NCBI GenBank assembly: GCA_976551045.1
Contig: CDPCPM010000231.1
Coordinates: forward strand, 930,001-994,000
Length of the DNA: 64,000 nt
DNA from: Glaucostegus cemiculus
Taxonomy: Eukaryota
Direction of reading: 5' to 3'
This document shows positions 52,679-63,711 of this stretch, one piece after another. The position numbers were made by a program, and so were the translations under genes. Each line of letters opens with the position of its first letter. The first letter of the stretch is position 1. Under the pieces are notes generated by a model, which searched no databases, was not told where the DNA came from, and saw only the letters and a program-made list of their open reading frames with translations.

Positions 52679-53079
52679 CATTTTTGTCTTTATCCTATCC
52701 ACCTCCCCCAACTTAAAACGAACTTGTTTTCTCATTTTCCAGGGTCTGATAACTTAAAACATTAACTCTGTTTCTCTTTCCACAGAGCTGTCTGACCGCT
52801 GAATTATCTCCAGTATTTCCCCGGTTTTACCCCTCTGCAATTGGCTGCCTGGAAATCTGATGACCAATCCTGGATAGGGAGGAAAGCAGTGGGCGTTCTC
52901 TGTAAATTACCAGTTTAAAGTTCCAGTTAACCTGGAACACGCAGCAATTTAGGAGCTCAGCTCTCCTTAAGTAGGGATCCTTGAGTGTTCACGTTTCCAG
53001 AAACTGAAGGGTGATTTCCTTGTTGCTGATCAGATGACCTTCAGACTCCCTGTTAAATTCCTAGGTTGTGTCGCCAGAA

Positions 53080-53311
53080 ATTGAAAGACATTACGCGGAA
53101 GTTGCGATATTTGCATTTAACGTAAATACTGCGGGAACTTCGAAAACTTCGAAATCTTCAGTGTAAACGCATTAAGAAACCGTGACGACGCTGTTTGTAT
53201 TCGGACTTGAACTTAGACTAACTTCTGGCCACAATTTCCACTCTGGGCTCGAGCTGTTAAAGACAACTTTTAAAATTCCGAGTGAAGAGTTTCTACACAT
53301 TCACCCACAGG
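53080..53311 (+). promoter_or_regulatory. BCL2L14: Putative BCL2L14 promoter and non-coding exon 1 (donor CAGG|gtgagt at 53311)
   Basis: Local CpG enrichment, CGGAAGT ETS motif at about 53096, TGACG half-CRE at 53183, and a consensus donor 1.8 kb upstream of the ATG exon acceptor. Confidence 0.6.
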
Positions 53312-53722
53312 GTGAGTACGGCTCTGCTTATCGGATACTGGTCAGCCCTTCGCTCACACTTTCTCGAGGAAAAAACTGGTGAGCTTGTACGTGTTAAGGT
53401 ATTTAATGAAAGAGTGATCGTGTAAGTGAATTTGATAAAGGTAGGTGCTAAGTCCAGAAGTCGTTTTGTTTCGAAAATGATTGCCTTTAATAAGTTATTA
53501 GAATACTTGCTTATATAAATTCGCCCGGCGCATAAGCATAAGTGAACAACATGAATTGTTCCGATTTGGGGTTGTGTTTGGCTCTGGTATGGTGACCGCT
53601 TCAACAGGCCAGTGTACTTTTGAGCTGGAGGTCTGGGACCCTGGTCACCCTTAGGAGCTTGAGGAATAGTACCCGAGGAGGGTGGAGGAACAGCTGGGGA
53701 TAATAGTCCAAAGGTGGCGAAT

Positions 53723-53734
53723 GAAAATGAAACT
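53723..53734 (+). promoter_or_regulatory. ISRE / IRF element in BCL2L14 intron 1
   Basis: GAAAATGAAACT matches the consensus GAAANNGAAACT exactly. Confidence 0.55.
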
Positions 53735-54000
53735 AAAAACCGCCAACTAAAATATCTAAGTAAACATGATTCTGCATTTTGATCTGTGCGAAATCTTGCT
53801 AGAAACCTGTTACACAAGTGAACGACTAGAAACCTGTAACACAGGTATGGATGCTGATGATGACTTAATCGTTTAAAATACAGATCATTTTGAATGTCTC
53901 CTGTTTCACAGTTATTTTTGATTCATTTGACATAACTCTAAAATCAAATGTTTCCTTTATGGTGACTGAGGGCTAAACTACTTGCAGGTCAGGCACAGTA

Positions 54001-54593
54001 CCATAGAACCATAGAACAATACAACACAAAACAGGCCCTTCAGCCCACCAAGTTGTGCCGTCCTTCAAACGTCACACATTCTAACTCTTTCCTCCCACAT
54101 ATCCCTCTATTCCACATTCTTCCATGTGCCTGTCTAACAATCTCTTGAACCTGTCCAACATATCTGCCTCCACTACCACCCCAGGCAGCGCATTCCATGC
54201 GCCAACCACTCTCTGGGTGAAAAACTTCCCTCTGACATCTGCCCTGAACTTTCCACCCAATATCTTAAAGACATGTCCTCTCGTCTTGAATATCTGTGCT
54301 CTGGGAAAGAGGCGCTGGCTGTCAACTCTATCTATTCCTCTCAATATCTTGTACACCTCTATTAAGTCCCCTCTTATCCTCCTCCTCTCCAATGAGTAGA
54401 GCCCTAGCACCTTAAGCCTCTCCTCATATTCCATACCCTCTAATCCAGGCATCATTCTGGTAAATCGCCTCTGTACCCTCTCCCACATCTCCACATCCTT
54501 CCTATAATGCAGCGACCAGAACTGAACACAATACTCCAAGTGCGGCCTAACTAGAGTTTTGTAAAGCAGCATCATCACCTCTCGGCTCTTGAA
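54001..54593 (-). mobile_element. Young 5'-truncated CR1 LINE in BCL2L14 intron 1
   Basis: ORF 54081-54578 is nearly identical to the copy at 26200-26742. Confidence 0.95.
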
Positions 54594-55126
54594 CAGTAAA
54601 ACTCTGATAATCCAGCAGGCCCAGAACTTTGGTGCCAGACTGGCAGGATTTTTGGACTAATGGATGTTGTATCTATTAATCTCTCAACATTCTTTTAATT
54701 CACTCTCTTTTTCTGATGTTACACAGTATAATAAATTTTCCAGCGAGACAGGTATTGGAGCCCTGGTGGGTGCAGGGTGAGAACTAGGGCCCTGGTGAGG
54801 GCTGGTGGCGGGGGTGGTGCCGGAACCGGTGAGCCAGATGCCAAACCATTGGGATTTCTGAATGGTTGGGTCAGAGTTTTACTCTGTCTGCATCAGCTGC
54901 AGATCTCGTGTGGATCTGCGGTAGATGTGGGTGATCCAATAACATTAAGTTAAAGCAAGTTGAAGTGTTCATTTTTCCAAATTTCATGCATGTGTTTCTC
55001 TATCTGTGTATGTCCACTGTTTCTCCCTTCCCCCACTCTTGTTATATTAGCAAGGAAGACATCCAGATTGATTGTGTGTAATATAAATATATTTCAATGT
55101 TTTGCATTTTTTTCTAAAGGTAAAAC

Positions 55127-55577
55127 ATGGGTCCATCCGATGCAGTGGAGAGTAATTCCATGTCAGAGAACAACTCTGCAGATGACAACAGCTTTGAGTT
55201 TAGGATATTGATGGCCTATGCCGAAAGGACTTTGTTGATGGATGAAAGGTCAAAAAATAAATTATCCTCATCCAAGATGGGCAAAAGGAAAGCAAACCAG
55301 TCTTCAGGTGCAAGGGGTAATGTGGATCCATCACATGATGGTAGCCTGGATGAACATCCAAAGGTTGAACTAAAGGGATCCACTGTAATCCATTCCGATG
55401 AGAACAAGAAAAATTCTGTTCGCAAAAGCAGAAGGAAACCCAAATGGAAAAGACTGATTCCAAGATGTCTACGAGCAGCAGCATCAAGTCATGAGGCCGA
55501 AGAATATGGAAAGAGTGAAGAGGTTGAGACAGCATTAAAATCTCCGTGTAACATTGGTTTTCCTGAACCAGAACGTG
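55127..55577 (+). CDS. BCL2L14: BCL2L14 (BCL-G)-like first coding exon
   Basis: Acceptor tttctaaag|gtaaaacATGG. DDNSFEFRILMAYAERTL resembles human DDLNTIEFKILAYYTRHH; basic RRKPKWK resembles KKKSSWK. Phase-1 donor G|gtaggt. Confidence 0.88.
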
Positions 55578-56529
55578 GTAGGTATTTTGTAGCATGATAG
55601 TAAGTAGTTTATTAAGAGAGGTGGAGCTATGGTTGAACATAATCCTTGCACCCTAAAGCGAATAAAGGAAAATTTCATTTTTATTCAGAGAACATAATCA
55701 GTAATTTATCTTTATGCCTTTCACTTCAGCCTCAACCACTCCGACTAAAGTCAGGATTGTAATCATCCAGCCAAGATTAGCTGTCTCAATATGGATTATG
55801 GAATGAACATGGAGTTTTAAAATCTGTTTGGCATAGTGATTGAAAGGAAATGCAGCAATTGTCCTGTATGTGTCATGAGTCAATGTTGTAACTACTTGGT
55901 TTCAATTGTATGTCACACCATGATTCAAACCATTTGTATTTTAACCAGAAATTTAGCATCATCATTTGGCAATAGATGGGTCCCAACAGATTTGAGGCAT
56001 AATATGGAGAACTTTTTCTGCAGATTGTGCTTCACATCAGGCAGAAACACTTGGCATGCTGTATATTCACAGAAGGAAAGATAAAATGACACGTTACAAT
56101 GAACCTGGAGAGACATTGAAAAATTTACAAAATTTTGAAAAGCCTAGTCTGTATTAATCAATCACAGCCAGCAATTGTATTTGTCTGAATGCTCCTGAAT
56201 TGGTGATAAAAAAAAACATTGGAAGAGTGCTGGATTTCTGTCGGATGATTCCGTGCTGAACGTGATATTGTGGAGACCGGAATCAGGCTGGGCCTGGATA
56301 TTTCTGAAAGTTGTATAGCCTGCTCACCAGGAACTGTATCCTGGTAAATAGTAAGAAGCGGCAGTGAAAAAGGAGCTTATAAGTTGGGTATCAGATTGCA
56401 AAGCACAAAAAAAAAAAGGAAAATAAGTGATGTGCTGTGGCAGATGACACAAATTGTAATCTGCCAGTATCTTCAGTGGAGAAGGTTTCTTTATTACTTT
56501 CTGTCGGAAGGTGTTTATTTTTGGAAAGA

Positions 56530-57010
56530 ATAGAAAATAGGAGCAGGATTAGGCCATTCAGTCCTTGAGCCTGTTCCACCACTTCAAATCCAAATTCAGT
56601 ATAGCATTCTTGATTTCTCCTTGTATTCCTTGATCCCTCCAACCCCAAGAATAATATCTAACTCCTTCTTGAATACTTTTGGGTTCAACAGCTTTCTGTG
56701 GTAAATATCTCAACAGGCTCATCTCCTCATTCTGGAGAATTCCTCATCTTGGCATTAAGTGGCTTGTCCCTTAACCATAGACGGTTGGGCCTGGTACCAG
56801 ACTTCCCTAACATTAGGAACATCCTTCCTGCATCCCATCTGTTAAGTCCTGTTAGAAATTTTTAGTTTCCTATGAAATCTCCTCTCATTCTTTTAAACTC
56901 TAGTGAATGTAAGTCTAATTAATTCAAACATCTCTACATATGTCAGTTCGTGCCATCTGCCCCAACCTCCATCGCAAGAACATCCTTCCTCAGATAAGGA
57001 GATCAAAATT
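56530..57010 (-). mobile_element. Degraded CR1 3' fragment
   Basis: aggagcaggattaggccattcagtccttgagcctg tail and RMRGD-like segment on the reverse strand. Confidence 0.6.
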
Positions 57011-57479
57011 AAGTCCAGAAAACAATGTAAGTGACCATTTATAGCAAAAGGTCCAACACATCTAGTATTTGTTACAAGATTGATATAATCAGTTCTGTGT
57101 TACGTCTTTGAAGTTCTGTGCCACTAAATGTTGTGATCTAGTTGAGTTGTACATTAGTCTTTAGTGATGGCTATGATGACCCAACCAAGAAGTATTAGTT
57201 TGTCCATAATGTAGGACCTTGAGGACTGCTCAAATTACAAAAGGATAATTTTTAAATTCTGGGTCAGTAGGTAACATTTGGCATCAGGATGGCTGTAATT
57301 TCAAGCTGGTTCCACATAGCACAAAATAGCTGATGGTTTTTATTACCTAACAACAGGAACTGGCCTTCATGCAAAATGTTTTGGGACACTTCTGAGAGAT
57401 GTGAAATAATGCTATAAAAGCAGATACTTTGTAAAGAATTTCTTACAAGCTCATTTGTCTTGTACTTCCATGATTCTAG

Positions 57480-57587
57480 TTTCAGAACTGGACCCTCATG
57501 AGGTTGCTGAAATGCTGCAAAATGTTATGAACTCAGCAGTTTCATTTAAGATGTTGCGTACTCCTAGTTTGGAAGTGGATGCACCAG
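57480..57587 (+). CDS. BCL2L14: BCL2L14-like second coding exon
   Basis: Acceptor ttctag|TT (an in-frame alternative lies 6 nt downstream). (V)SELDPHEVAEMLQNVMNS...SLEVDAP resembles human VDPKVISIANRVAEIV. Phase-1 donor CAG|gtaagt. Confidence 0.85.
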
Positions 57588-57672
57588 GTAAGTAATTGAC
57601 ATTAACAAAACTCTTTAAGCAATGCTGTTATTTTCTACATAAGTTTTTTTTAATAATTTTTTTTTCTTTTAG

Positions 57673-57749
57673 CTACAGATGATGATCAGAAAACCATAGA
57701 CCGAATTGTTGAGTTCTTAACTGCCAGAGGAGATTCTATTGAGGAAAAA
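57673..57749 (+). CDS. BCL2L14: BCL2L14-like BH3 exon
   Basis: Acceptor ttttag|CT. DDDQKTIDRIVEFLTARGDSIEEK resembles human EEEQILAKIVELLKYSGDQLERK. Phase-0 donor AAA|gtaatt. Confidence 0.92.
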
Positions 57750-57849
57750 GTAATTCACTTGTGTTTTCTCGCATTATGTTCTGAATGTCATTAATTTAGA
57801 TGAGCTTGTTTTGTTTTTGTTCTGATTGTTTTTAATTTTCCTTTATTAG

Positions 57850-58131
57850 ATTAAGAAGGACCCACAATTTGCTAAACTGTTTGGTGAAGAGGCATCCTTT
57901 TCATTTTTCAAAAGAGTGATGGATTTTGCCCTTCAAGCAACCTTACCTGTAGAAATGAATTCAGAAGCAGAGTGTGAAGCAGGAGTAAAGTTGAACAAAT
58001 TTGCTTTGGTTGTACATGCAACTACTAAGTTTGCTGTTGCTGGCAACCACCCAATGGCTCGAATCATGGGCTTTGGAACAAAGTACTTACAGGAAAACTT
58101 CACTACCTGGGTCATGGAAAAAGGAGGATGG
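57850..58131 (+). CDS. BCL2L14: BCL2L14-like core/BH2 exon
   Basis: IKKDPQF..SFSFFKRVMD..KFALVVHATTKFAVAGNHPMARIMGFGTKYLQENFTTWVMEKGGW resembles human ...NHPMNRVLGFGTKYLKENFSPWIQQHGGW. Donor TGG|gtaagt. Confidence 0.95.
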
Positions 58132-59329
58132 GTAAGTAGTTGGGATAAATCCATCAAAATCCAATCCCGTTTTCTGCTTGTTGATTACCTGTTTAAACCC
58201 TACTGATAGCCTGAGTTAATTAATGGGCTTGACCACATGCTGTCAAAGAATCACCATTAAATCAGTTACATTAATCTTGAGTCAAATTGTTTATGTTTCT
58301 CATTTTGCTGTGCAAATCTGTCCAGAACCTCATTTGACAGCTTGGGGTGAACATACACGGGCACATCCAAAATTTCACTTTTCATACATGTTTTGATGTT
58401 TGATTATTTTGGATGCCAATGCCTTTTTTCTCCTCTACATTCCTCAGCTTCATAGATTGCTGCCTTTTCAGTTTGATCTCTTGTGCTCTCCTACTCTTGC
58501 TCCACCCCAGCACAGATTTCTCAGTCATTACTGATGGCTCTGCACTCTGGGATTTGCTTCTTAGTATGAGTGTAGGGTTTTTCAATCAAATCTAGCTTTT
58601 TGAACCCTCTTCCATTTTTTTCCCTCTAGATATTATGATCTTGATCTTCATTCAATTGCTCCTTTTTGAAATTTTTGTATTAGACATTTTTTCTGAGTCC
58701 CAATATTATCTTCAGAACCAACTACAATAGCGCTTAAAGAATTTGGCCAAGATAACTATAGTACTGCTATTAATTTAAAAATGCCCTTCTTGATCCCGAC
58801 GTGGTGACACATAACTGCAGTAACACTGGTTTGATCATGACCTTGAATGCTGTGTGTGTGTGGAATTCGTACAGTCTCCATGTGACTGCATGGGTTTTGA
58901 TTGGGGATATGGGAGGAAACCAGAGCACCCAAAGGTGTACTGGCCAGTTAATTGGTCAGTATAAAATACCGCTTAGTGTTGGTACGTGATGAAAGAATCC
59001 AAGAGGAGTTGATGGGATGTGAGGAAAGAAATAAGCGGTAGAGCTATAGGGAAATGGAAGAGGGGATTGGAACCCGTGGGCTTTAATGGATTCCTGTATC
59101 CTTACAGGCAGTGCTCCAATTTGCATGGAATTTGTACATCATATTTAGACTAGTAACTCAGATTATCAACAGGAAGTGAATCTAATGAAAAATGCAAAAT
59201 AATCAAGCCCGAGATAGAAAAGCATATCAGCAATATCAAACATTGCCAGTCTGTCAGCCTAACTGGGAATTGCTTCTGTGGACATTTGGTGAGATCAACA
59301 TTGGTCCTTACTGAATCAGTACTCGTGTA

Positions 59330-59850
59330 CAAATTAGTCACTTGATCCCAGGTATGGATTGTACTTGTCCATTCCATTGTACCTGGAAGATGGGGGGGGG
59401 TGGGGGAAGTGTTGGAGGGTGGGATGGGAATACATGCCCCTCAGATCCACTTTAAAACTTCTTCCTCTCGCTGTAAGCATATGCCCTCTTGTTATGAATA
59501 TCTCTACTATTGGGGGGGGGGGGGGGGGGGAGATATTGATTACCCTATCTCTGCCTCTCATACTCTTCATACACTTCCATCATCTCACCCCTTGGTCTCC
59601 TTCACTCCAAGGAAAATAAGCCCAGCTTATCCAATCTCTCCCTATAAGTAAAGTCCTCCAACCCAGGCAACATCCTGGTGAATCTCCTTCGCACTCTCTC
59701 CAGTACAATCACACTCTTGTCATAGTGTGGTAGCCAGACCTGCAGACAATACTCCAAGTCTGGTCTAACCAGTGTTTTGTGACATTGCAATGTAACATTC
59801 CACTGCTTATATTTTATGTAACATCCTGATCTATGAAGGCAAGCATTGTT
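59330..59850 (-). mobile_element. CR1 ORF2 C-terminal fragment
   Basis: KTLVRPDLEYCLQVW..LERVRRRFTRMLPGLE. Confidence 0.85.
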
Positions 59851-60019
59851 AATAAATATAACAGAAAAATCTCCAAAATCAATGACTTTATACAGGTATA
59901 AAGCTTTAAAAGATGAAAATTCATTCGAGACTTTTTTGTTGAAGAACTTCATTGTCTTGGCTTCTGGTGTACAACTGGACTAGCCTTCCCAACTTTGGGT
60001 ATTTTACTTGTAATAAACT

Positions 60020-60285
60020 TCCTCCCGCTCTGGAAACTGTTTATAACATGTTTCCTATCACTCTGAACTGTTTATTACCAGGCTCTTCTCACTCAGAGAG
60101 CTATTTTAAAACAATCTTCCACCTGTGAACAAATTGCACCTTCCCATTCTGAATTATTTACTTCTGTGAGCTGTTTATAATATGCGTGCCCTTACTCTGC
60201 AAACTATTTATAACAAGCATTCCCTCCCTCTTCAAACTATTTGGTTTCTTTGTCTTTATTCACTCTCTTGAAAACTGTTTGTCTT
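60020..60285. repeat. Degenerate minisatellite of about 35 bp with core CTCTGNAACTRTTTATAAC
   Basis: Recurring aactgtttataac / aactgtttattac / gctgtttataa / aactatttataac units. Confidence 0.6.
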
Positions 60286-60373
60286 TGTTCATATTCTAGT
60301 GAGAATTAATTTATTGGAAGTATACATTATGTCTTTTTTGTGGTTGTTTGTTCAATTGTATTTCTTTGTCCAG

Positions 60374-60406
60374 GAGAAGATAATGGATGAGGAGTACGTT
60401 GACTGA
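60374..60406 (+). CDS. BCL2L14: BCL2L14-like terminal coding exon (EKIMDEEYVD*)
   Basis: Acceptor ttctttgtccag|GAG in phase 0. Matches the human tail EKILGISHEEVD*. Joined CDS is 951 nt (316 aa). Confidence 0.88.
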   Translation, partial: EKIMDEEYVD

Positions 60407-62050
60407 CAGCCAGATGCCCAAACGTGAAAGCTTTCTGAAGGGATGATGCTGCCTTGCACTTTACCAGAATTGTTTCTTGTAATATTGACTTGAGATGAGA
60501 GCCAGATGATCTTGGAATCAAGATATGGAAATTCTTACTGCATTTATTCAGCTTTGGGAGGTGGGACACCTGGAAGGCTCACTGGAATCTGACAAGATCT
60601 TACCTTTTTTGTCCAATGAAAGTTCAGAGGGGTGATGAGAACATGGCTCCATTCCAGTTGCCTTTTGTTATCTGAATTAGAAGAGTACCCCAGGAGTGTA
60701 TCATGCTCTTTCCTAAGACTGATAAATAGGAAGGAGCAGTTATAATGTGTGTATCTATGATGGTGTGAACAAGGAGAATGAGCCAATGATGAAAAATGAA
60801 CTGTTCAATCCAGGGATATTTTACCATATGGAAAATTTCCTGAAAGGATTGTCTTAAGATGGTGCCAATTCTGAAATTGAATTTTGAGTATTTAGTTGTA
60901 TTCTGTTTTGTAGATTAATCCTGATTTAAAATAGAAACTTGCACTTTTAAATATAATTACTTTTTGAAGCTTGGGCCATCGCAAGTTAGAACTGCAGTCC
61001 TTGAGTAATACAAGAACTTGACATTGAGTGAAAGGAAGAGAAACACTATTATAAAGGTTGCAGTTCCAGAGCTAACTGTGAAACTTGAGAGGAAAATCAG
61101 GTCTCAGTATTCAAGGAAAGATATTATTCTGGTGTGATGTGAATGAGAGCAGAAACTGAGGTGAATGATACCTTAAGAGTCACATTAGAGTGGGGGTTGC
61201 CCTGCCAGCATCATCTGATCCCAACAGCTGCAATTTTAAATTGTGGGGGCTGGGAAAATTGAATGAAGCCGGGGGGGTGGGGGGGGGTTAATTTACATGA
61301 ATATGGAGATTAGTTCCAAAGATATCATCGCTACCTGACTGGGAAGTTACTATGATCTTTCTAACCAGGCTGAAACAGTTTAGAGGCTGGAACAAGGCCT
61401 GATCAGTAAGTTATTTCCTTCCTTTGCTTGCCCCAGAGGATTGGGTGTTGTCCCCACCTCTTTCTGCTTGTTTCCTAGGTTTGTTTCCCAACTTTGAAAT
61501 CGACTAGGTATTGGCTATTAATGGGTACGATGGCATTGCAGTTAAGATAGGAGACAGGTAGCCAAAGATCTGGACCAGCTGGGACTTCACTGACACAGCC
61601 TCACCTCTGAATTGATATTTCCCACATCATTCTTTGGAAATCAGAGACAAATCTCTGAGGTGTGAACTTTTAACTAGCAGTTGATGTACAGTGGAAGCTA
61701 CATTATTATTATTACCACCAGAATATTTTGTAGGACAAATACATGCAAAATGCAGTTTTTTAACTGCATTTCACCTCTTCTTTTCAGGTGAACAAACTAA
61801 TTTAAATGTTTCTTTGTGTACGTCCCTATACTGCTGTTTTATGATACCATAATAGGAGTCTGGCAACATTCTGTATCCATCAGAACAATGAATTCTTCTC
61901 TGTAACCTATTTTTATTGCTCATGAAATGTAAATACAGAAAAATAATACAATTGCAGATTTAACTTTAACAAACATGTGAAAGGTCTTTTGTGATTGAGA
62001 TTATGAATCTTGGAACTGTTTACTACTAATGTTCATGCAAAGCAGTGGAA

Positions 62051-62056
62051 AATAAA
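62051..62056 (+). terminator. Candidate BCL2L14 polyadenylation signal
   Basis: AATAAA about 1.65 kb after the stop. Confidence 0.4.
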
Positions 62057-62904
62057 ATCAGTAATATAAACTTTGGATAAAATGTGATTATCTTTCTTAG
62101 TAATCTCCACCTACAACCAGACTACTTTCCTCCATTTCTGGCCCTTTTGCATCATTAACCTCCTCCATCGTGCTGTTGGTGGCTGTGCCTTCACCCACTG
62201 AGGTACCAAATTCTGCGACTCTGCACAAGTAATATTGTTTGTGCACAACAAGTGTTAATTTATGACTCTTATCCCTCTCTAAGGATTGTGTCATGTCACA
62301 AACTGGTCTCCAGGCTGCAAGAGTGTTTATAGAAAGTTCTTGAGATAAGCTTTTGGTTTTGTAGCTTTTCTATTACCTGCTAAATGGGACAATCAATGTA
62401 TTAAAAAACAATTGTATCACTCTGAAATCTATACAAACTCTTTGGTTATGGCTGGTAGCCAAATTAGATTCTCCAGTTAATCCCCATAATGAAACTACAT
62501 TCATTGAAGCCAAACCTCCCTGCCATAGAGATCAAATTTTGTGTCCAAGCCCATGTAGATGCAGCAGTTTGGAGAAAAATGTGGAATTACTATTTGGAAT
62601 AAATATTTAATTTCCAATCCAACTGGCAAGTTTCTTTGTTTTGACCTACCAGATAAAAATGGAAGGCTTGAAATTGGATCAGAATTTGCTGTAACTGCTG
62701 CTATTATTCGAGGTACATGGCGCATTTGGAGTTCTGAAAGATATGACAAAGGCAAACCTGATCAAACTATTGACCATATAACAAAACTCTCCCCTCAGTA
62801 CAAACTTGACAATGACATTGTAGAGATACACCTCCTGTCAAGAGGACAATGCTCGTTAACTAAACCTAAACTGGTCTTAGAGCCCTCGCTCCAAGTTATT
62901 GGTT

Positions 62905-63370
62905 ATAGAAGAGTCATAGAATCATACAGCATGGAAATGGGCCCATTGGTCTATGCTGACCAAGATTCCTATCTAAGCTACTCCCATTTGCCTACATATA
63001 GCCCATATCCTTTTCTATCCATGTACCTGTCCAGGTATCTTTTAAATGTAGTTAAAGTGCCTGCCTCAACTACTTTGGCAGCTCATTCTATATACTGACC
63101 ACCCTCTGGGTGAAAATGTTGCCCCTCAGTTTCTCATTACATCTTTCCCCTCTCACTTTAAACCTGTGCCCTCAAGTTCTTGATTTCCCTAGCCCTGGGA
63201 AAAAGACTGTGAGCCTTAACCCTATCTATGCCCCTCATGCTTTTATACATCTCTATAAGATCACCCCTCATTCTCTTACACTCCATTGAAAACTGTCCCA
63301 AACTATTCCACCTCTCTCCATAACTTAGTCCCTTGAATCCCGGCATCATCCTCATAAATCTTCTCTGCCG
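62905..63370 (-). mobile_element. CR1 3' end
   Basis: RMRGDLIEMYKSMRGIDRV..LFP and gagtcataga tail. Confidence 0.85.
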
Positions 63371-63711
63371 AAGAATAAAATGTTTTGTCTATTTATGAAT
63401 CAATATTTTAAGACCAACAATAGTGACAAATTTTAAGTAAAAGAATGTTCAAGCTTAATTAAATGAATATGTTCCTTCAAACTGTACTGGATGATCTCAC
63501 CAGTACAGGAACTGCTTTCAAAACAATGGCCACAAGATGGCGCCCTGGTCCTTTCATGAAAGCAAAAGTAACAGAGGCCGTATTTGGGCAATATTATGAG
63601 ATTCTTCTCAATATTATAATATTTAACCTCTGAGTTAAATGTGATGATAATTTCCAGATTGTTTTTCATTACTCCGAAGCATTGCAAAATAACACTCAGA
63701 TCTGACCTTAG

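Noticed and set aside
53293-53817. 174-aa minus-strand ORF near the BCL2L14 promoter
   Set aside because: No recognisable domain, non-ATG start, and it overlaps regulatory/intronic DNA; likely a chance ORF.
58132-58206. ORF continuation VSSWDKSIK... after GGW in BCL2L14
   Set aside because: Intronic read-through past a consensus gtaagt donor; the tail exon at 60374 matches human BCL-G.
61788-61805. Alternative BCL2L14 last exon ttttcag|VNKLI*
   Set aside because: Good acceptor but no homology; EKIMDEEYVD* is a much better match. It cannot be excluded as a minor isoform.
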